This document shows positions 8,206 through 15,037 of a DNA stretch of 15,817 nt, piece after piece. Under the pieces are notes generated by a model. The model worked only from the letters and a program-made list of their open reading frames with translations. It searched no databases and was not told the DNA's origin. Location: the NCBI GenBank assembly GCA_029838215.1, contig JALGVI010000092.1:1-15817 (forward strand). The letters run 5' to 3'. Within the stretch, counting starts at the first letter, position 1, and each line of letters begins with the position of its first letter. This stretch comes from Candidatus Helarchaeota archaeon (lineage in GTDB: Archaea; Asgardarchaeota; Lokiarchaeia; Helarchaeales; RDOG01). Both the position numbers and the translations under genes were made by a program.

Positions 8206-8820
8206 TTGACCAAATTGAAAAAGTACATCGTATTTGAGGGGATTACTGGTTCTGGTAAATCTGAAATGCTTTCGCTTACCAGCAAGTGGCTAAAAGAAAA
8301 GAGGCATGATGTATTTACAATGGAAGAACCAAGTGAACGCATTCGCGAGATCTTGGGCACGTACGGAATCGATGATCGCATTGACACCTTGCTTTTTGTT
8401 GCCGATCGCTTGATACAACAGAAATCGCTAAAAAAGATTAGCGCAAATACGGTAGTGCTTGCAGAGCGATGTTTTCTATCGACAATTGCTTATCAACGTT
8501 CGATTCTTATGGGCAATCTATTCGACCTTCACGATTTTTACCTGCAAGTTCATGATCTGGACATGGTTTTGGCTTCAGATTCATTCATTTTTCCGGATAT
8601 CGTGATCATACTTGACGTGCCCGTTGATGTTGGTTTGAATCGAAAGTCAGGAAATCACGAAAAATGGGAAAGCGTGGAACTCCTTGAAGAAGTCCGCATG
8701 AAATTCAAGCAAATGACTATTGATAAGAAATACCCGTTCAATATTTACTTTCTAGATGCTTCGAGTTCAGAAAAAGAAGTTTTCTCACAGGTACAAAAGA
8801 TAATTGAAAAAGAATTATGA
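8206..8820 (+). CDS. tmk: Thymidylate kinase family protein (divergent motifs)
   Basis: IVFEGxxGSGKS P-loop, EP, LLFVADR, ERCFLSTIAYQ (DRYxxSxxAYQ equivalent), PDIVIILDVP, LDAS. Start is TTG8206 or TTG8215. Confidence 0.85.
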   Translation: MTKLKKYIVFEGITGSGKSEMLSLTSKWLKEKRHDVFTMEEPSERIREILGTYGIDDRIDTLLFVADRLIQQKSLKKISANTVVLAERCFLSTIAYQRSILMGNLFDLHDFYLQVHDLDMVLASDSFIFPDIVIILDVPVDVGLNRKSGNHEKWESVELLEEVRMKFKQMTIDKKYPFNIYFLDASSSEKEVFSQVQKIIEKEL

Positions 8821-8843
8821 TTTTATTTTGTCAACGTGTCGTT

Positions 8844-9959
8844 TTAACCGAGTCGTGGCAATCCTAAATCTGGGAGTCTTGATACTTTTTTGGGAAGATG
8901 AGTGTTTGATAAAGGATTCTCGGTCTGAACGCCGCTTATTAATGCAGTAACCCGGATTCTGTCGTTTAATTCTGGTACCATCTGCACGCCCCAGATGATT
9001 TCGACGTTTCCATTAAGTTCTTCTGTTATCATGCCTATTACGCTTTCAGTATCTTGGAGACTCATTTGATTTGAGCAACATATGTTAATGAGAGCAGCTC
9101 GAGCATTTTCAATATTAATATCTAAGAGCGGATTGAAAATGGCGTTCCGGGTGGCTTCTTCCACGGTGGCACCTTCTCCGATCCCTATTAGGGCTTCACC
9201 AGAATCTTTCAAGGTTGTTCGCACGTCTGCAAAGTCAACATTTATGATTCCCACATTTGTGATGAGTTCTGAAATTCCCTTAACACCTCGAACAAGGACT
9301 TCATCGGCAATCCTAAATGCGTCAATCAAAGAAAGATCAGGTGCAATCTCTAGCAATTTTTCGTTCGGAACCGTAATGAGGCAATCCGATACCTTCGCCA
9401 AGCGTTCAAGTCCCCATAATGCATTGCTCCGTTTTTTAGGACCCTCTACATTAAACGGTAAAGTGCAAATTGTAATTACCAATGCTCCATTTTCGCGTGC
9501 TTGACCCGCAACCACGTGAGACGCTCCGGTACCCGTGCCTCCTCCTAACCCACAAGTGACGAATACCATGTCTGCTTGTAATAACTCTTTCAGATCAGTG
9601 ATGCTTTCGTGTGCTGCCGCCTCTCCAACTTCTGGTCTATTACCGGCACCAAGACCGCCCGTGAGTTTTTCACCAATTAAGAATTTATCATCAGCATTAG
9701 AGTAGAGTAAATCCTGTGCATCTGTATTAATTGCAATGGTTTTTGCACCTTCTATCCCCACGTCCGTCAATCGCGATACTGCATTATTTCCAGCCCCTCC
9801 AACTCCAGCAACAACGATTCTAGCGCGTCTGTTTTTATACATACTTTCTAGTTTATAATCAATGTCCAAGTCCTTGAATTTTCCAGAGAAGTGATCAGGA
9901 ACATGTCGTTGATTTCGAGAGTTTTTCTCATTTAGGACAGAATTTATAATGGATTGCAT
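8844..9959 (-). CDS. ftsZ: Cell division protein FtsZ, archaeal FtsZ1 type
   Basis: [21 protein letters not shown], tubulin signature [11 protein letters not shown] (FtsZ1-like), T7 loop NVDFADV, NPLLD, IIWG. ATG9959 is supported by SD GGGTG 6 nt upstream (9966-9970), so the ORF-track start at 9995 is not used. Confidence 0.97.
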   Translation of the reverse strand: MQSIINSVLNEKNSRNQRHVPDHFSGKFKDLDIDYKLESMYKNRRARIVVAGVGGAGNNAVSRLTDVGIEGAKTIAINTDAQDLLYSNADDKFLIGEKLTGGLGAGNRPEVGEAAAHESITDLKELLQADMVFVTCGLGGGTGTGASHVVAGQARENGALVITICTLPFNVEGPKKRSNALWGLERLAKVSDCLITVPNEKLLEIAPDLSLIDAFRIADEVLVRGVKGISELITNVGIINVDFADVRTTLKDSGEALIGIGEGATVEEATRNAIFNPLLDINIENARAALINICCSNQMSLQDTESVIGMITEELNGNVEIIWGVQMVPELNDRIRVTALISGVQTENPLSNTHLPKKVSRLPDLGLPRLG

Positions 9960-10105
9960 GTAAAACACCCTGAGATTTTCACGTGACTTAAGCATATTAT
10001 CAAGATGGATGAATTTAAGACCTGTTAATACCGGGGTAATATCTCGATCTTACAAAAAGAGAGATGACTTGAAAAAAGAAATTTCTTAAGTCTGATGCTG
10101 AGCTC

Positions 10106-10132
10106 AAAAAAAGGAGTTAAAAAAAAATAAAA
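10106..10132 (-). terminator. Oligo-U tract terminator downstream of the coiled-coil gene
   Basis: On the minus strand, U4, U9 and U7 tracts start 12 nt after the stop at 10145; archaeal termination uses U-tracts. Confidence 0.65.
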
Positions 10133-10144
10133 GAATTCTGCACC

Positions 10145-10630
10145 TTATCCGCCTGATGCGGCAAGCTTTTCAGCCTTTGATTTGGCTTTTTCGATATTTT
10201 TTATTTCCTTGTCAAGTGCTTTTATTTGAGCATTAATCTCCTTTTCAATTAGCTTCTTTTTGTTTAGAAAGTCCTTTTCTGTCGTTGACTTCTCTTTCTC
10301 AATAGTGCTTTCTACGTTTTTCAGGTTTTTCTCAGATTCCGCTTTCATTTTTTTGACTTTGTTTAACTCTTCTTTGGCTTTGGCTTCTTCTGCTTTGGCG
10401 GTTGCAAGTTTGGCTGCTTTCTGCTCAAGGTTTGATTGCGCCAGCTCCAATTGATTTAACATTGCATCCAATTCATTCTGAGCGTTTGTTATTTGTTCTT
10501 TCCCTCTATTTTCGATCTCCATGATGGTGTCAGCACGTTCTTTTTCGATCTTATCAAGTTCATCTCTTAATTTTTGAGCCAACTGTTCTTTTTCGGCTTC
10601 TTTTTCTTTTATGTCTTCATCAAAACCCAA
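10145..10630 (-). CDS. All-helical coiled-coil protein of unknown function, ending in Gly-Gly
   Basis: 161 aa with no Pro, Trp, Cys, His or Tyr and regular hydrophobic periodicity. Strong SD AAGGAGG (10639-10645) 8 nt upstream of the TTG start supports real translation. Confidence 0.88.
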   Translation of the reverse strand: MGFDEDIKEKEAEKEQLAQKLRDELDKIEKERADTIMEIENRGKEQITNAQNELDAMLNQLELAQSNLEQKAAKLATAKAEEAKAKEELNKVKKMKAESEKNLKNVESTIEKEKSTTEKDFLNKKKLIEKEINAQIKALDKEIKNIEKAKSKAEKLAASGG

Positions 10631-10711
10631 GTTTTTCGCCTCCTTCGGTAAAGATAATTTATTCTAAATTATTTAGGATAACAATTCTTAGTGATTATTT
10701 GATTAGCCCAT

Positions 10712-10724
10712 GAAACTTTATAAA
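10712..10724. promoter_or_regulatory. Palindromic TATA box TTTATAAA with BRE-like GAAAC between divergent genes
   Basis: TTTATAAA at 10717-10724 in the intergenic region between the coiled-coil gene (-) and the HAD gene (+). Confidence 0.55.
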
Positions 10725-10786
10725 TTTATTTTAAATTCTTGAGATCAAATTATCTCATAATACTTGTTTCTAAAGGAAATTATACA

Positions 10787-11383
10787 ATGAAATTTAAATT
10801 AGTCATTTTTGACGTTGATGGGACATTAACGAAAGGGGATAATAGCTGGAAATTAATCCATTCTTCGCTAAATGTTTACGAACAGGCGAAAAAGCATAGA
10901 GAATTGTTTTTTAATCATGAAATTTCATATCAAGAGTGGGCAAACCGTGATGTTGGCTTGTGGAAAAACACGCCCGTTAAAAAAATTGCAGAAACAGTCG
11001 CATTTTTGAAACGGAAGAAATACAAGCTCGCCTTGCTAAGTTCAGGAATCACGCTCCTGACCGATAAATTAAAGGAAAAATTCGGATTTCATTACTCCAT
11101 TGCAAATCATGTTTGTACGAATGATAGTGGACTTTTAACCGGAAGGATCGAATGCAAGGTCGGTTTTTATAATAAAGATGCTGCAATTCAAGGCATATTA
11201 CGTGAAATGAACATGGATCATTCTGAATGCATAGCGATTGGCGACGATGAAAATGATATCAGCCTATTCCAAAAAGTTGGATTGAGCATTGCATTCAATC
11301 CGATCAACTCACGGGTAGCAAGTGTCGCTGACGTGACCATTCGCGGATCCGATTTACGAAAGATATTGAAATACATTCCATAA
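10787..11383 (+). CDS. HAD-superfamily hydrolase, phosphoserine-phosphatase-like (subfamily IB), with an apparent internal in-frame deletion
   Basis: Motif I FDVDGT, motif II LSSG, motif III NK, motif IV GDDEND, and IAFNP. ATG10787 preferred over TTG10739. Confidence 0.88.
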   Translation: MKFKLVIFDVDGTLTKGDNSWKLIHSSLNVYEQAKKHRELFFNHEISYQEWANRDVGLWKNTPVKKIAETVAFLKRKKYKLALLSSGITLLTDKLKEKFGFHYSIANHVCTNDSGLLTGRIECKVGFYNKDAAIQGILREMNMDHSECIAIGDDENDISLFQKVGLSIAFNPINSRVASVADVTIRGSDLRKILKYIP

Positions 11384-11399
11384 ATAAAAAGAAGTGGGA

Positions 11400-12569
11400 T
11401 TAGTAAAAATCATCATCTTCATCTTCTGCTCGAATGAAACTTATCAAGAAGATGATGAGAAATATGATCCCTGCTGAAATTATTAATCCGCCTTGAATAA
11501 TGTCAACCGTGACACCAAAGAGAACGAAGAGAGAGGGAACATAATCAATACCCATTCGAACAACTTCCATTAAAACGAAAAAAACGCCAAAGAAATATCC
11601 AAGAATCGGTGCACGGTTTTCGGATTTTTGGAGACCCTTGACAGAAGCAATAACCGTGACGAGAAGACCTGCAATTAGCGCGATTGTAGTATAGATTGAA
11701 AGTATGAGATCCAATGATTGGCTAATCAGGAGCAATTCGGGTGATGCTAAAGCCGTACCGTAAAAATCCGTTGCCAATATAACGATCCAGAACACTAAGA
11801 ACCCGAAAAATAGGATGTATTCAAGAGCCCTTATCTTTCTATATGGAATCTCCGTGAAACCAACTCCTCTCAATTCTTGTCGCTCATATTCTACAGCTCC
11901 GGCGTAAATCAACCAAAAAACCGAACCGATAGATAACGCGTTTGCAATTATTATCGTCAACGTGTAAAAATAAGGCATGTATCTAAGCCAAATATCCAGG
12001 ACGATCACGAAGAAAAAGTTCGGCATGTTCTTGATGAATTCAAGCAAAAATAGAATGGGTAAAGAACAAAAAATAGCAAAAATGATGAGAGAATAAAGAA
12101 CGAGGAAAGCTTTAGAGCGTTCCCACGCAAATTCTGATGCGCGTATGACTGCCCAAGCTAAAACTGCTGCTATTAAGATGACAAAAATGGGTGAAATCAC
12201 GGGGATAAGAAATGTGAAGATCACGAGCATTCCGTTAACGGCATAAAAAATTCGCCATCTCGTAGGGATGACCGAAATGCTTTCTGTCATTACCTCAAAT
12301 GAATTTGCCACTTTATTCTTGTAAAACACGAAAAAAATGATCCAAGGAGAACATAACAAAATCGGTGCAACAAAAAGCGTGAAAAACGTCGAAAATGAAA
12401 AGCCAAATGGTAATGAATAAAAATCAAGATTAATTATGCTATTCAAATTTAAGGTCGTCAAAGGGTTTAACCAAACCGCCCATACCAACGCATAAAAATA
12501 AACTGGTGTTAAAATCACGAGAATTGTTACCAATAAACGATCAACGCGGATTCCCTTCACGTAACTCAT
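11400..12569 (-). CDS. Polytopic membrane protein of unknown function (about 10-12 hydrophobic segments, acidic C-tail)
   Basis: Long hydrophobic ORF. SD AGGTG (12576-12580) 6 nt upstream of ATG12569 favours this start over GTG12578. No family motif recognised. Confidence 0.85.
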   Translation of the reverse strand: MSYVKGIRVDRLLVTILVILTPVYFYALVWAVWLNPLTTLNLNSIINLDFYSLPFGFSFSTFFTLFVAPILLCSPWIIFFVFYKNKVANSFEVMTESISVIPTRWRIFYAVNGMLVIFTFLIPVISPIFVILIAAVLAWAVIRASEFAWERSKAFLVLYSLIIFAIFCSLPILFLLEFIKNMPNFFFVIVLDIWLRYMPYFYTLTIIIANALSIGSVFWLIYAGAVEYERQELRGVGFTEIPYRKIRALEYILFFGFLVFWIVILATDFYGTALASPELLLISQSLDLILSIYTTIALIAGLLVTVIASVKGLQKSENRAPILGYFFGVFFVLMEVVRMGIDYVPSLFVLFGVTVDIIQGGLIISAGIIFLIIFLISFIRAEDEDDDFY

Positions 12570-12646
12570 GGAATGCACCTACAAGATTCGTTGAATACAA
12601 ATTATTTATTAATACCATTATATTAGATTTTTCTCTCAAAGACAGG

Positions 12647-12711
12647 AAAAAATGATTGCAGGGAACGACTATAAATGCAATCAAACAAAGATGGTGTTGT
12701 TCCCATTTTTT
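12647..12711. repeat. Interlocked inverted repeats between pyrF and the membrane-protein gene
   Basis: TGATTGCA (12653-12660) / TGCAATCA (12676-12683); GGGAACGAC (12661-12669) / GTTGTTCCC (12696-12704); flanked by A6 (12647-12652) and T6 (12706-12711). Confidence 0.7.
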
Positions 12712-12714
12712 AAA

Positions 12715-13551
12715 TCATTTTAATTTATAATATTGCTCAACTGCTTGCTTGAACTCTTTGACTTTTTTGATGCAATTTTTGGAAAAATCATCTTGTTCCT
12801 TGACCCAAGAATAAATGATCTCTCTTCCACTGGACGGTAATGGAATGATGTTAGGGTGAGCATTAAACTCATCCAGTATCTCATATCTTCCCTTTTGAGC
12901 TCCGAAACCGGGCATGAGAAGAAGGTACTTCTCATTTGTTTTGGATAAGTCTGTCAAGATTCCTCTGAGAATCTCTCGTGGAATCGTTGCGCCTACCACA
13001 AAACCCTTGAGTCCCCATTCTATTGCATCTTCCAAGAATTTCTGGTAGAGTTTTTTCCCGTCCGATAATTCAATTTGAAAGTAGTTTTTAGCACCGGGAT
13101 GAGACATGTAGAGTAGTGAAATTACATCGAATTTATACGTTTCCGCTAATTTTAGGATGTTTTCAAGACCTTGTTTGTATCCAATCACTTGATGAACCGT
13201 GATTCCTTCGAATTTCATAGATGCCAAGGCATGCATTGCTTGTTCGTTCGTGCTTCCGATATCACCGAGTTTATAATCGACCCAGGGAATGCAATCCTGT
13301 TTTTTCACGTGGTTCACGATATTAATTATAGTAGAGCGGGAAAAACCGAGCAGGAATTGATAATTCAATTTTATCATGGCAAAATTCGATGATGTCAATT
13401 CTATAATTCTCTTAATGAATTCTATTTTTTCCATGTTTGGAGGTAACGGAAATCTCTCCTCTGTATTAGGATCACGCACGTCAAGGTTTAGAACGAGATT
13501 CGTCTGCTTGCGTCTAATAAGATCGAACGTGCGTTGTTGGATCACTTTCAA
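12715..13551 (-). CDS. pyrF: Orotidine 5'-phosphate decarboxylase
   Basis: Catalytic DxKxxD in DYKLGDIGST, plus LVLNLD, IKLN, MSHPG, VVGAT, PGFGAQKG and SSGREII. Start is TTG13551 or GTG13545 (SD GGTGA at 13553-13557 is better spaced for 13545). Confidence 0.93.
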   Translation of the reverse strand: MKVIQQRTFDLIRRKQTNLVLNLDVRDPNTEERFPLPPNMEKIEFIKRIIELTSSNFAMIKLNYQFLLGFSRSTIINIVNHVKKQDCIPWVDYKLGDIGSTNEQAMHALASMKFEGITVHQVIGYKQGLENILKLAETYKFDVISLLYMSHPGAKNYFQIELSDGKKLYQKFLEDAIEWGLKGFVVGATIPREILRGILTDLSKTNEKYLLLMPGFGAQKGRYEILDEFNAHPNIIPLPSSGREIIYSWVKEQDDFSKNCIKKVKEFKQAVEQYYKLK

Positions 13552-13586
13552 GTCACCACGATTTGAGTCTCATTCCTTTTATTAAT

Positions 13587-14855
13587 TCAATTAAATTTAA
13601 AGGTTCCTAAAAAAATTGGGATGATCTCTTTAGTCAACAAATGAGCCTGTTTTAAATGAATCGGTTTTTTCCAGCTTATGGGTCTCAATTTAATCTCAAA
13701 ACCTACTTGCTTGTTATTAATAATCCCTATGACGTCAACTTCTGTCCTATTTTTCCAATAATATGTTGGAATCTTGCGTGAAAGATGCGTAGCGGTTATG
13801 CTTTCAATAAGGTTGTCCGTATGGACTTCCGATCTGGTGTATTCTGCCATAAGCTTGTAAATAAAAGGATCTATAAAGTGTATCTTCTTATTTTTTCGAT
13901 ACTTGATCTTAAAATCAGGATCGATTTGATAAAGAATTTTAACGACATGCATGTTTTCCAACGTTGAAATATATGTTTCAGTTGTATTCGGAGAGTTGAT
14001 TGAAGTATTCTTTGTAATGGATAACCAACTAATGGGCGATAATCTAGAATTAATCAAAGAAAATATAATTTCTTTCATGAACTTCTCATTTTTATTGTCT
14101 TTTTGCCAATCTGATTTTATCCAGTCTAAATAGGTTCTTTTAGTACTCTCTCCAATTTTCCCCTTTTCCACGAAGTCGATGATTGGTAAGGGAAATCCTC
14201 CTGTTACAACATAATTACCAAATAGTTGATTTAACTCCTTGGAAAAGATTTTATTGGCTTTAATTGCCGTGTCAAATTCATCAATTCGATTTAATTCATA
14301 TTTTTGTAGCCGCAATTTCGATAAAATCTCAACATACTTATCGAAACTGAGTGGCATCAAAATATGATCCTGTCCATTTCCTCTTCTTCCTGGAAATCTT
14401 TCTTTCTCTTTCAATAATTCGATGCTTGCAGATCCCGTGAGAATAATCACGTCATTTTTCATTTGTTTATTATCAATCCGTGCCTTTATTGCCCTCCACC
14501 AGTCATTTACAAACGTAATTTCGTCTAGAAAAATGAAAGATTGGGTTTCTTTCCAGTGTTTTCGGGCATTATAGTAATCATCCAAGACTTCTCCGAGTTC
14601 CTTAAAATCAATTAATTCATCACATTGATAATAAAAAAGCGATTTTGGCGAACGGCCTTTTTCTAATAGATCATTAATTAAGATTTTTAATGCCGTAGTC
14701 TTTCCAACTTGTCTGGGTCCCGATAAAAAATGCAATGAAAATGGTTGAAAATTAATTTTATCAATAATATCAGGTCGCCATTTTATCTTGCTGTTTTTCC
14801 ATGCTGTAAAATCTTCATCTTCTTCGTTTTGCCACCATGGATTGAATCTTTCCAT
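13587..14855 (-). CDS. AAA_14 ATPase with C-terminal DUF4143 domain
   Basis: N-terminal FNPWW, Walker A GPRQVGKTT, Walker B FLDEI, TGS, GGFP, HFIDPFI, and C-terminal YYWKNRTEVDVI...GFEIK (D...ExK, PD-(D/E)xK-like). Confidence 0.92.
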   Translation of the reverse strand: MERFNPWWQNEEDEDFTAWKNSKIKWRPDIIDKINFQPFSLHFLSGPRQVGKTTALKILINDLLEKGRSPKSLFYYQCDELIDFKELGEVLDDYYNARKHWKETQSFIFLDEITFVNDWWRAIKARIDNKQMKNDVIILTGSASIELLKEKERFPGRRGNGQDHILMPLSFDKYVEILSKLRLQKYELNRIDEFDTAIKANKIFSKELNQLFGNYVVTGGFPLPIIDFVEKGKIGESTKRTYLDWIKSDWQKDNKNEKFMKEIIFSLINSRLSPISWLSITKNTSINSPNTTETYISTLENMHVVKILYQIDPDFKIKYRKNKKIHFIDPFIYKLMAEYTRSEVHTDNLIESITATHLSRKIPTYYWKNRTEVDVIGIINNKQVGFEIKLRPISWKKPIHLKQAHLLTKEIIPIFLGTFKFN

Positions 14856-14864
14856 GTTTTTGTA

Positions 14865-14906
14865 TTTTGCAATACTGCTTATAAATCAATTGCAATTGTT
14901 TTGCAA
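14865..14906 (-). promoter_or_regulatory. Leaderless promoter (TATA TTTATAAG) of the AAA_14/DUF4143 gene flanked by three TTGCAA boxes
   Basis: TATA at 14885-14878 lies at -30..-23 from ATG14855. TTGCAA at 14867-14872, 14890-14895 and 14901-14906; 12-bp palindrome CAATTGCAATTG at 14887-14898. Confidence 0.7.
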
Positions 14907-15037
14907 ATCATTAAATGGATTTAGAAACATCATTTCATCAAAAACAATAATAAAACCGATTTCTACTTCAAGTTGAAGTGAATTTCCTGCTTTTTATTGG
15001 CATCAATAATGAGAAAAATTTGGAAATTTAGAAAAAG

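Noticed and set aside
10145-10630. Identification as ESCRT-III/CdvB/PspA, or as an A-type ATPase stalk subunit
   Set aside because: No Snf7/PspA motifs, helix-breaking hinge or MIM tail, and no ATPase operon nearby; similarity is only generic coiled coil.
12647-12717. SECIS element or selenocysteine read-through at the pyrF TGA (Lokiarchaeia have eukaryote-like SECIS)
   Set aside because: No AUGA/GA quartet or apical AA geometry in the hairpin, PyrF is complete at the TGA, and there is no in-frame TGA at a Cys-type position.
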